Shown: positions 1 through 8,249 of the stretch, piece after piece
Position numbering within the stretch: position 1 is the stretch's first letter
Layout of the letters: each line of letters begins with the position of its first letter
Program-made: the position numbers and the translations under genes
Notes under the pieces: model-generated
The model's input: the letters and a program-made list of their open reading frames with translations, nothing else
Told to the model about the DNA's origin: nothing
Databases searched by the model: none
Source: an uncultured Clostridia bacterium
Lineage (GTDB): Bacteria; Bacillota; Clostridia; Christensenellales; CAG-917
DNA length: 64,000 nt
Direction of reading: 5' to 3'
Assembly: GCA_949283145.1 (NCBI GenBank)
Contig: CASDRL010000036.1
Span: 9,817-73,816 of the forward strand

Positions 1-1009
1 CGTCGCCCACGCTCTCCACCGAAAGAGACGCCTGCGTCTGATTGACGCGGAGCTTCCAGCGGTAAAGAGACTGCGCGCGGACTTCAAAAACGTAGTCGTC
101 GATCTCCTCCGTCAGCACATCCTCGCCCATGCGGCTGTGCCATTGGTGCGCAAGGGTCGAGTCCACGTCAAAGAAATAGTCGGAATGTGCGCTCTTTTCC
201 GTCTCCGCCTGCGGGAGGCCCTCCCGCCTGTCCAGGAGCACCACGCCCGCCGAAGTGCCGTTTTCCGTCACTTCGTTGTAACGCAGGTCCCTCATGCGCA
301 CTCTGCCCTCTTCCGCAAACTCGGAGTCGAACACGTTCACCTTGTCGTAGTGCACATAGTCGTATATGTTTTTGCCGTCCAAAGTCACCCCCGCCAGCCA
401 ATCGTGGAAGGTGTGGAGGCTCTGATCGTCTCCGAACCACGTAGACTGCAAAAGGAGCACCACCACCTCACCGGGGTGCTCGGCAAGGAAGCGCAGCACA
501 TCCTTGACATCCTCTTCGAGCTTCCTGCCGATGATGGAGTGGGACGCATACCAATCGTTGTCGTAATATGTATATTTGAAGTGGACGAAACGCACCCCTT
601 GCATGAGCAGCTCGTACGGCGACACCGTCTGCGTCACGGACATACGGTATTGAAACCCCGCGCTCACGGGATAAAGCTGCTCGAAAACATCGCTCTTGGG
701 GTTGTCGTCGATGGGGTTGCCGGGCTCGAGCGACGCGGTGTTGGCGTCGTGCGCCCCGAGCATCGCGATGTCGATGATGCGGGGATCGGCCTCGGTGATG
801 CCATCGATGTCCGCAAGCACGGTGCCGTACGCCCCGTCCGTGCTCCCGCGCCCCACGCCGAGGGAATGGACATCCAGCACGATCGCGAAAAACAGCGTGA
901 ACGCCACGACGAGGACGAGCAGCACGGCGACTATCTTCGCCGCTCTCTTCCTCTTCACCCGACGGCTTATCTCCTCCTCCCTCTCTGCGGGAAGCAGCGT
1001 AACTCTCAT
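1..1009 (-). CDS. PLC-like phosphodiesterase (PI-PLC X-domain-like) with N-terminal membrane anchor; partial, C-terminus beyond window start
   Basis: Absent from ORF track because no stop lies inside the window. Reverse strand from ATG (1009-1007), AAGGAGGGG RBS just upstream, reads MRVTLLPAEREEEISRRVKRKRAAKIVAVLLVLVVAFTLFFAIVL...DPRIIDIAMLGAHDANTASLEPG...RFVHFKYTYYDNDWYASHS and stays open to nt 1, while the other two reverse frames are broken. Confidence 0.6.
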   Translation of the reverse strand, partial: MRVTLLPAEREEEISRRVKRKRAAKIVAVLLVLVVAFTLFFAIVLDVHSLGVGRGSTDGAYGTVLADIDGITEADPRIIDIAMLGAHDANTASLEPGNPIDDNPKSDVFEQLYPVSAGFQYRMSVTQTVSPYELLMQGVRFVHFKYTYYDNDWYASHSIIGRKLEEDVKDVLRFLAEHPGEVVVLLLQSTWFGDDQSLHTFHDWLAGVTLDGKNIYDYVHYDKVNVFDSEFAEEGRVRMRDLRYNEVTENGTSAGVVLLDRREGLPQAETEKSAHSDYFFDVDSTLAHQWHSRMGEDVLTEEIDDYVFEVRAQSLYRWKLRVNQTQASLSVESVGD

Positions 1010-1054
1010 AGCCCCTCCTTCTCATTTGCGACGCGCACATGCGCTTACCATAAC

Positions 1055-1083
1055 ATTATATATTCCCGCGCGCGAAATTTCAA
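1055..1083 (-). promoter_or_regulatory. sigma70-type promoter for the PLC-like gene
   Basis: Reverse strand TTGAAA (1083-1078), 17-nt spacer, TATAAT (1060-1055), about 45 nt upstream of the ATG. Confidence 0.4.
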
Positions 1084-1675
1084 CGCCTATCTTCGGAAAC
1101 CCGCCTTCCTCCGCCCGACCCGCACTTCGCCGCACCCACACTTAGCCGCCCCACGCGCTCACCCGCCTTGCGACACCGCACCCCCGCCACAGACGACCCG
1201 CCGGGCGCTGCGCTCCGTCACCGCCGTATCCGGCGGCGCCCCGCACGCGCCTTCACGCAAAACCGACAACTGTCGGAAAGGGGCGCAACGGCGTGTCGAA
1301 AACGGGCAAGTATTCTACAAAACGACGAAAACTATTATACTTTTCCGTGTTTTTAATAGTACTTTTTCACAAAATCCCACTAAACAGTAGGGGCGGGAAA
1401 ATCCCGCAAGTTTTCTCTACTTCTTGTCGATCCTGGGCATTTTTGCGGTTTTAAGGCGAAATGCGGGCACTTCGGCGCGCTGCCCGCCTCCTTCTCGTCC
1501 GCAAAGATCAAAGTGCCTTTTCGGACTGCCGCCGCCCGCATCCCGCATTTTTTCTCCGTCGCGACGACACTTTCACGCCCCGCCTTCCGATCACCTCTCC
1601 GCACTCCTTCTTGCGATCTCTCCGCACACTTTCGGACAGTCCCTCCACGCTTTCGCCCCCCCCCTACATTCTCCC

Positions 1676-1707
1676 AAAAGGAAAGCCCCGCGATATGCCG
1701 CGGGGCT
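1676..1707 (-). terminator. intrinsic terminator downstream of trpB-like gene
   Basis: Hairpin AGCCCCGCG-gcatat-CGCGGGGCT on the reverse strand followed by TTCCTTTT; about 100 nt after the stop at 1809. Confidence 0.6.
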
Positions 1708-1808
1708 GTCATGTTGTTTTTGTTCTCTTACCGACGCTTGTCCGATGCAGCTCTCCCTTTCCGTCGCGGCGCGCGGTGCCTCGCGCGCCCGTCGGGTGGG
1801 GACGCCTG

Positions 1809-3185
1809 TCAAACCTTGGGCATATCCTTCTCGCCTTCAGCGAGAGATTCGTCCGTGGGGGGAGCGTCGTTGAGCTCGCCCTTCATATAACGGTCGTAGG
1901 AGATCATGTCGAAATATCCCGTGCCGGTGAGACCGAAGAGGATGACTTTCTTCTCGCCCGTCTCCTTGCACTTGCGCGCCTCGTCGAGTGTGACCTTGAT
2001 GGCGTGGGCGGACTCGGGTGCGGGCAGGATGCCTTCCACTCTTGCGAACTCTATCGCCGCTTTGAACACGTCCACCTGGCTCACCGCTCGCGCCTCGTTG
2101 ATGTAGCCGTCGTGGTAGAGCTGGCTGAGGATGGGGCTCATGCCGTGATATCTCAGCCCGCCCGCGTGCGAGGGCGCGGGCATGAATCCGCTGCCCAGGG
2201 TGTACATCTTCGCAAGCGGAGTGACCTTGCCCGTGTCGCAGAAGTCGTAGGCAAACTTGCCGCGCGTGAGCGAGGGGCAGCTCATAGGCTCGACGGCGAT
2301 GAAGTAGGGGTCTCTCTCCCCTTTCAGCTTGTCGCGCATGAAGGGGGACATCAGACCGCCGAGGTTGCTGCCGCCGCCCGCGCACCCGATGACCATGTCG
2401 GGATAGACGCCGTATTTCTCCATCGCGGTCTTGCTCTCAAGCCCGATGACGGACTGATGCAGCACCACTTGGTTCAGCACGCTGCCCAGCACATAGCGGG
2501 TGTTAGGCTTGGTGAGAGCCACTTCCACCGCCTCGGAGATCGCGGTGCCCAGGCTGCCGCTGGTGTTGTCGGGGTGCTCCGCCAGCATCTTCCTGCCCAC
2601 CGCCGTTGTGTCGGAGGGAGAAGGGATGACGTTCGCCCCGTAGACGTTCATGAGCGTCCTGCGCTGCGGCTTCTGCTCGTAGGAGCAGCGCACCATATAC
2701 ACGGTGAGGTCCAGCCCGAAATAGCCGCACGCCATGGAGAGCGCCGTGCCCCATTGTCCCGCACCCGTCTCGGTGGTGACGCCGGTGAGCCCTTGCTCCT
2801 TGGCGTAGTACGCCTGCGCGATGGCGCTGTTGAGCTTGTGCGAGCCGCTGGTGTTGTTGCCCTCGAACTTGTAGTATATCTCTGCGGGCGTGTCCAGATA
2901 TTTTTCAAGGCAGTACGCGCGCACGAGGGGGGAGGGACGGTACATCTTGTAGAAATCGCGCACGGGCGCGGGGATCTCTATGTAAGCGTCCTTGTCGTTG
3001 AGCTCCTGTTTGGCAAGCTCGGTGCAGAACACCGGCTCCAGCTCCGCAAGCGTCACGGGCTCGTGCGTTGCCGGATTGAGGAGGGGACGGTGATCGGTGC
3101 GCATATCGGCACGCACGTTGTACCATTCCTTGGGCAGCTCGTTTTCTGTCAGGTAGATTTTGTAAGGGATCTCTTGTTTGCTCAT
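1809..3185 (-). CDS. trpB: TrpB2-type (TrpB-like) tryptophan synthase beta chain, PLP-dependent
   Basis: 458-aa ORF; GGAGGT RBS; long N-terminal extension typical of TrpB2; motifs NNTSGSHKLNSA (PLP lysine region), GCAGGGSNLGG, TGAGQWG. Confidence 0.9.
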   Translation of the reverse strand: MSKQEIPYKIYLTENELPKEWYNVRADMRTDHRPLLNPATHEPVTLAELEPVFCTELAKQELNDKDAYIEIPAPVRDFYKMYRPSPLVRAYCLEKYLDTPAEIYYKFEGNNTSGSHKLNSAIAQAYYAKEQGLTGVTTETGAGQWGTALSMACGYFGLDLTVYMVRCSYEQKPQRRTLMNVYGANVIPSPSDTTAVGRKMLAEHPDNTSGSLGTAISEAVEVALTKPNTRYVLGSVLNQVVLHQSVIGLESKTAMEKYGVYPDMVIGCAGGGSNLGGLMSPFMRDKLKGERDPYFIAVEPMSCPSLTRGKFAYDFCDTGKVTPLAKMYTLGSGFMPAPSHAGGLRYHGMSPILSQLYHDGYINEARAVSQVDVFKAAIEFARVEGILPAPESAHAIKVTLDEARKCKETGEKKVILFGLTGTGYFDMISYDRYMKGELNDAPPTDESLAEGEKDMPKV

Positions 3186-3262
3186 AGGAATTACCTCCGT
3201 TTTTTATTTTTCTGCCGGCAACGCCGTCAAAAATGCTTTTTTGTCTGTGTGCCCCTTTCGGC

Positions 3263-3315
3263 ACACGCATCGTGTTTCGGCGCCCGCCATCCCCTCACCA
3301 CAACACGCATCGTGT
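3263..3315. promoter_or_regulatory. two identical 13-bp palindromes (ACACGCATCGTGT) in the trpB 5' UTR, function unknown
   Basis: ACACGCATCGTGT at 3263-3275 and 3303-3315 (40-bp spacing), between the T-box terminator and the trpB RBS. Confidence 0.3.
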
Positions 3316-3360
3316 TCTCAACCGAGAGAGGCTCTCGCGCCCGCATCTTGCCACGGACAA

Positions 3361-3669
3361 TAAAAAAACCCGACAGCAAGACTTGCTGTCGGGGACAAAG
3401 CCAAAGACCCTGCGGTGCCACCCCGCTTGACACGGCATCGCTGCCGCGTCCACTCATCGACTGCCAACACAGTCAGGCTTCTTACGCGAGCTTTACGTCC
3501 TCGGCTACTCGTCACCTTTCGCCTCGGCCCTCCGGGGCCCATATTATCGGGTTCGGTCCCTGCCGGCATCACACCATCGCCGACTCTCTCTCAGTCCGTC
3601 TCCCGTTTTCTTCCCGTCAACGGTTTGTTAAGTTGTTTTTATGCTATCACCGCATTTTCCCCCTGTCAA
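3361..3669 (-). promoter_or_regulatory. T-box riboswitch leader (promoter, stem I, T-box core, terminator) controlling trpB
   Basis: Reverse strand: promoter TTGACA (3669-3664)-17-TAGCAT (3646-3641); AGAGAGAGUCGGCGAUGGUGUGAUGCCGG (AG-bay/distal-loop-like); T-box core GCGGGGUGGCACCGCAGGG (about 3429-3411); terminator CCCGACAGCAAGUCUUGCUGUCGGG + U7 (3393-3362). Specifier codon not resolved by eye (a UGG lies at 3541-3539). Confidence 0.7.
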
Positions 3670-3975
3670 CGAATTTTGACCCGCTTTTTCAAATTTTCTG
3701 CCCGCGCCGCACCTCAACGCGCGCCGAGCGCGCACCCGCTCGCGCTCATGCGCGCGTTGTATATTGTTGTCCCGCACCGCCCGTCAAATTTTCCCCGCGC
3801 GTTTCGCGCACAAATGCCGAACGCTCCCGCGCCGGATCCTTTTCCGCGCGTCCAGCGCGTGAATGCGGCGGATGATTATAGTTAATTTCAGCGAATGACC
3901 GGAGCTTTTTCGGCATCGGCGCATGACACGGCGCTAAATGCCTGCGGGAATTTGCAAAAAACAGGCCATAAACGC

Positions 3976-4004
3976 TTTACAAGTTTAGCGAGATAAAGTA
4001 TAAT
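3976..4004 (+). promoter_or_regulatory. sigma70-type promoter of the amino-acid ABC importer operon
   Basis: TTTACA (3976-3981), 17-nt spacer, TATAAT (3999-4004), 40 nt upstream of the ATG at 4044. Confidence 0.5.
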
Positions 4005-4043
4005 GACACGGTAATCGCCGCTTTGCGGCATCAGGAGGAATGT

Positions 4044-4952
4044 ATGAAAAAGAAGATCTTCGCACTCGTGCTCGTTGTGGCACTCGTCGCGTCCGTCGCC
4101 GTCGGCCTCGCCGCCTGCAACGATAAGGACAGCAACGCTAATAGCATCCTTTTCGGAAAAGAGCTCCTTCCCCTCACTTCGCAGCTTGACGCGCTGATGG
4201 AACTTGACAAAGGCGGCGCCGACATCGCCGTTATGGACTCCGTCATGGCGGGCTGGTATTCCGCGCAAGGCGACTATGCCGGCAAGATCAAAGTGCTGGA
4301 AAATATGATGCTCTCCGAAGAATATTACGGCATCGCGGCAAAGTCCGGCGCAGGTGCGTTCATGGGCAAGATCAACGAAGCCCTCATCGCGCTCTATAAT
4401 GACGGCACCATGACCGAGATCGCCACCAAATACGGCCTGCAGAGCGAGATCAGCATCGCCGCAGACACCCAAAACCCCTATGCGGACGCAACCGACAATT
4501 CCTGGAATGAGCTGATCGCCGGTGCGGAAAACAACACCGTGACCATCCGTCTCGGCATCACCATCTTTGCGCCCATCGCGATCAAGGACGGCGACAGCTA
4601 CACCGGCTATGACATCGAACTTGCAAACGCCGTCTTTGACTATCTCGGCGAGCAGGCAGGCGTCACCTTCAAAGTGGAGCCCGTCGTCATCGACTGGGAC
4701 ACCAAGATCACCCAGATCAATCAGGCGGGATCCATCGACCTCATCTGGAACGGAATGACGATCACTCCCGAGCTCGAAAAGCAGCTCACGATCAGCGTGC
4801 CGTATCTCGCCAACAAACAGACCTGCGTCGTGAGAACCGCCGATTACGAAAAGTATTCCGACATCGCGGGCTTCCTTGCCAACTCCAAGGACGTGATCGT
4901 GGCTGTGGAAAGCGGATCTGCCGCGGACCTCATCATGAACATGGAACTGTGA
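4044..4952 (+). CDS. amino-acid ABC transporter substrate-binding lipoprotein (SBP_bac_3-like, domain order apparently circularly permuted)
   Basis: AGGAGGA RBS then ATG at 4044 (track start 4023 is an upstream TTG). Signal peptide with lipobox LAAC. Both halves of a family-3 SBP are recognisable, in reversed order. Confidence 0.85.
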   Translation: MKKKIFALVLVVALVASVAVGLAACNDKDSNANSILFGKELLPLTSQLDALMELDKGGADIAVMDSVMAGWYSAQGDYAGKIKVLENMMLSEEYYGIAAKSGAGAFMGKINEALIALYNDGTMTEIATKYGLQSEISIAADTQNPYADATDNSWNELIAGAENNTVTIRLGITIFAPIAIKDGDSYTGYDIELANAVFDYLGEQAGVTFKVEPVVIDWDTKITQINQAGSIDLIWNGMTITPELEKQLTISVPYLANKQTCVVRTADYEKYSDIAGFLANSKDVIVAVESGSAADLIMNMEL

Positions 4953-4953
4953 T

Positions 4954-5634
4954 ATGTTTGCCGCAGTAACCGCCGATCTGCTCAACGGATTCGGTCTGAC
5001 CGTACTTCTCTTTGCCGTCACTCTCGTGGCGGCAATTCCTCTTGGTCTGGTCGTCGCATTTTGCTCGATGACACGGTTCATCCCTCTCAAATGGCTCACA
5101 AAAGTCTTTGTTTGGGTGATCCGCGGCACTCCGTTGATGTTGCAGATCATTGTCATAAGTTTCATCCCGAACACCCTGTTCGAGATCCCGAACCGCGCGA
5201 TAGCCGACTTTTTCGGCACGTCGATGGCGAATGTCAACTTCATCTTCGTGTGTGTGGCATTCATCATAAATTACGCCGCCTATTTCTCGGAGATCTTCCG
5301 CGGCGGGATAGAATCCATACCCAAAGGACAACACGAAGCGGCACAGGTGCTCGGGATGACTCGCGGACAGACTTTCTTCCTGGTCGTACTGCCGCAGGTG
5401 TTCAAGCGCATCCTGCCCCCCATGTCCAACGAGATAATCACCCTCGTCAAGGACACCTCACTTGCGCGCGTTCTCGGCGTCGTGGAGATCATCCTTGCGG
5501 CAAACCAGGCGGTCAATCTCTATGTTGTGATTTGGCCTCTGTTCTATGCCGGCGCATTCTATCTGGCATTCAACGGCATCCTCACGCTGCTGTTCTCTTT
5601 CATAGAGAAGAAATTGAGCTACTACAAGGTGTGA
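4954..5634 (+). CDS. amino-acid ABC transporter permease (His/Glu/Gln/Arg/opine family)
   Basis: 226-aa polytopic ORF 1 nt after the SBP stop; EAA-loop-like GQHEAAQVLGMTRGQTFFLVVLPQ. Confidence 0.9.
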   Translation: MFAAVTADLLNGFGLTVLLFAVTLVAAIPLGLVVAFCSMTRFIPLKWLTKVFVWVIRGTPLMLQIIVISFIPNTLFEIPNRAIADFFGTSMANVNFIFVCVAFIINYAAYFSEIFRGGIESIPKGQHEAAQVLGMTRGQTFFLVVLPQVFKRILPPMSNEIITLVKDTSLARVLGVVEIILAANQAVNLYVVIWPLFYAGAFYLAFNGILTLLFSFIEKKLSYYKV

Positions 5635-5635
5635 T

Positions 5636-6643
5636 ATGGCAATACTCGAAGTGAAAGGTCTCAAAAAGAGTTTCGGCGCCCACGAGGTGCTGAAAGGCAT
5701 CGATTTCGAGCTCAACCGCGGCGAGGTGCTTGCCATCATCGGCTCTTCCGGCAGCGGCAAGACCACCCTGCTCAGGTGCCTCAATTTCCTGGAAACGGCG
5801 GACGAAGGCAGCATCACCGTGAACGGCGAAGTACTCTTCGACGGCGCGCAGGCGGAGAAGAAAAACTCCGAAGACATCCGCAAAAAGAGGTTACACTTCG
5901 GGCTGGTGTTCCAACAGTTCAACCTCTTCCCGCACTACAACGCCATCACCAACATCAAGCTTGCCGCGGAGCTGCTCGGCAAGGAAAAGAGCCGCAAGGA
6001 GTGTGCCGCGATAGACGCGGAAAGACGGCGTGAAAGAGACGCCATCACCGCCTCGCAAAAGGCGGAACTCGCGGCACTCGAAAAGGACGGCAAACTCACA
6101 AAACAAGAATTGAAAGGGGCAAAAAAGCAGCTTAAAGCCTCTCATCGTGCAAAACTTATCGAGTTCGACGATGTGACAGCGGCGAAAAAGACCGCCGTGC
6201 GCGAGCGCCTTTTCGGAGACATCGACAGGCGCGCGCAGGCGCTCCTCGACCGCGTGGGATTGGGCGACCGCGCAAAGGCGTATCCGTGCGAACTTTCAGG
6301 CGGACAGCAACAGCGCATCGCGATAGCGCGCGCTCTTGCGCTCTCCCCCGACATCCTGTGCTTCGACGAGCCGACCTCCGCGCTCGACCCCGAGCTCACG
6401 GGCGAAGTGCTGAAAGTCATCAAGGGGCTGAAATCCGGCGACAGCACCATGATCGTGGTCACGCACGAGATGGACTTCGCGCGCAATGTCGCGGACAAGG
6501 TCATATTCATGGCGGACGGCGTCATCGAAGAGATGGGCTCGCCCTATCAGATCTTCGAGGAGCCGCAGAGCGAAAAGACCAAAGCCTTCCTGCAAAAGTC
6601 CCGCGATCAGATCCTCGGCGACGACATCGCAAAGACCGTCTGA
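5636..6643 (+). CDS. amino-acid ABC transporter ATP-binding protein with a ~75-aa charged coiled-coil insertion
   Basis: Walker A GSSGSGKTT, Q-loop VFQQFNLFPH, signature LSGGQQQR, Walker B ILCFDEPTSALD, H-loop VVTHEM. 335 aa versus about 240-250 for typical GlnQ/HisP-type proteins. Confidence 0.9.
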   Translation: MAILEVKGLKKSFGAHEVLKGIDFELNRGEVLAIIGSSGSGKTTLLRCLNFLETADEGSITVNGEVLFDGAQAEKKNSEDIRKKRLHFGLVFQQFNLFPHYNAITNIKLAAELLGKEKSRKECAAIDAERRRERDAITASQKAELAALEKDGKLTKQELKGAKKQLKASHRAKLIEFDDVTAAKKTAVRERLFGDIDRRAQALLDRVGLGDRAKAYPCELSGGQQQRIAIARALALSPDILCFDEPTSALDPELTGEVLKVIKGLKSGDSTMIVVTHEMDFARNVADKVIFMADGVIEEMGSPYQIFEEPQSEKTKAFLQKSRDQILGDDIAKTV

Positions 6644-6747
6644 AAGGTAATTTTTAGGGACAGATCCGATTTTTCCCACCCTTCCGAGAACACGGACAAA
6701 AAAACGCGGCAGCAAGCCGCGTTTTTTGATCGTCGGTGCGCAACGGC

Positions 6748-8082
6748 TCAACCGCAACGCGGGACGCGAGCATATACCGGACGATCGGGATACTTTTTGA
6801 AACGGCGGTGCAATGCGTAAAGCAACGCGAGCGCGGCAAGAGCGATGACCACCTGCGCGATGGGCAGGGACATCCACACGCCGTCTATGCCCCACACATC
6901 GGGAAGGGTGAGCACGAAAAGAAGGATGACGGCGACCTCGCCGTACACCAACACATACGCCGAGGAGTTGCGGTCCATGGAATAGAAGTAGGCTGCGGTG
7001 ATCTTGCTCACCGCCGTAAACAGCGCGCTGCCCGCAAAGAAAGGCAGGATGCGGGCGGATTCCGCCGCCGCGAATTCTCCCGCTCCGAACACATCCGGAA
7101 TGACGTGCCGCAGACCGAAAAGCGTTGCAAAACATATCGCTGCCACGATGAGCGCGGTGACATAAGCGTAATTGCGCAGGCGCAGCACCGCCGAGCGGTC
7201 TCCTTCTCCCTGCATGAGGCTGATGAGCGGCTGGACACCGTCGCCGACGCCTTGCAGCAGGAGAAGATCGACGCAATAGACATACATTATGACGGAATAT
7301 GCCGCCACATACTGCGCGTCACCGTATATGAACAGGAATTTGTTGAGGATGACGGTGATGATCTGCGGGCATAGCAGCACCCCGAAGGGAGAAGCTCCCA
7401 CGCGGGTGATGTGCCCGAGCTCTGCGGGTGAAGTGCGGAACACTCCCCTGCCGAACCTCTTTATCCTGACTGCGAGATAGACCGCACACGGGATCACGGT
7501 GACCACCTGCCCTATGCCCGTCGCAACAGCCGCGCCGTAAACGCCCTGCGCAAGGTGATCCACAAACAGCCAATCCAGCACGATGTTAGTGACAAAGCCG
7601 CTCGCCATGGCGAACATCGCGCCGAAGGATGTGCCGAAATTTCTGAGCAGAGGCACGCAGCCTGTGGAGAAGATCTGCGCGGTCGCAAAACATGCGAGCA
7701 CGAAGATGTAATCGTCGGCATAAGCATTGACAAGCCCTTCCGCTCCGAAAACGTCTATGAGATAAGGATAGATGCCGACAAGCAACGCGGTGACGATGAC
7801 GCTCGCCGCCGCAAGGTAAATGAGCGTGGAGCCGAGATACCTCTTTTCCGCGCGCGCATCGCCGCGTCCGCGGGCGATGGACAGCATCACCGAGCCGCCC
7901 ATGCCTATGCCCGTGCCCACCGCATTGATGAACGCTACAAGAGGATATGCCACATTGATGGCGGCAAGCCCGTCGTCGCCGACGTTGTTGCCGACGAAAA
8001 AGCCGTCCACGATGGAATAGAGCCCCGTGAACGCGAACGCCACCATGGACGGCAGCACGAACCGCAAAAACTTTTTCAGCAT
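6748..8082 (-). CDS. MATE family efflux transporter
   Basis: Polytopic ORF. Likely start MLKKFLRFVLPSMVAFAFTGLYSIVDGFFVG at 8082 (track start 8169 adds a non-hydrophobic, RBS-less extension). Divergent from a MerR regulator. Confidence 0.85.
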   Translation of the reverse strand: MLKKFLRFVLPSMVAFAFTGLYSIVDGFFVGNNVGDDGLAAINVAYPLVAFINAVGTGIGMGGSVMLSIARGRGDARAEKRYLGSTLIYLAAASVIVTALLVGIYPYLIDVFGAEGLVNAYADDYIFVLACFATAQIFSTGCVPLLRNFGTSFGAMFAMASGFVTNIVLDWLFVDHLAQGVYGAAVATGIGQVVTVIPCAVYLAVRIKRFGRGVFRTSPAELGHITRVGASPFGVLLCPQIITVILNKFLFIYGDAQYVAAYSVIMYVYCVDLLLLQGVGDGVQPLISLMQGEGDRSAVLRLRNYAYVTALIVAAICFATLFGLRHVIPDVFGAGEFAAAESARILPFFAGSALFTAVSKITAAYFYSMDRNSSAYVLVYGEVAVILLFVLTLPDVWGIDGVWMSLPIAQVVIALAALALLYALHRRFKKYPDRPVYARVPRCG

Positions 8083-8249
8083 ACACCCTCTTATAAGGAC
8101 GGGCGGCGGAGTGACCGTCTCCGGCACTTTTCGGCCGCGACCTGTCTTGCTCACATCCGACTCCCGCAAAAAACTTGCCTTTCCTCCGGCTTTCCGATAA
8201 AGTATAAACGTTAAAGTTACTTCAATGTCAAGGAGATGGGCGAGGGAAA

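Noticed and set aside
137-1390. 417-aa plus-strand ORF and the minus-strand 190-aa ORF at 468-1040
   Set aside because: Both have Arg/His/Pro-rich junk composition. The third reverse frame encodes a coherent TM + PLC-like protein with RBS and promoter, which explains the region.
1461-3875. 804-aa ORF on the plus strand (the longest in this region)
   Set aside because: It is antisense to the well-supported trpB2 gene and T-box leader. Its translation is Arg/Ala/Gly/His-rich and low in complexity, with no motifs. It is a typical shadow ORF of GC-rich DNA.
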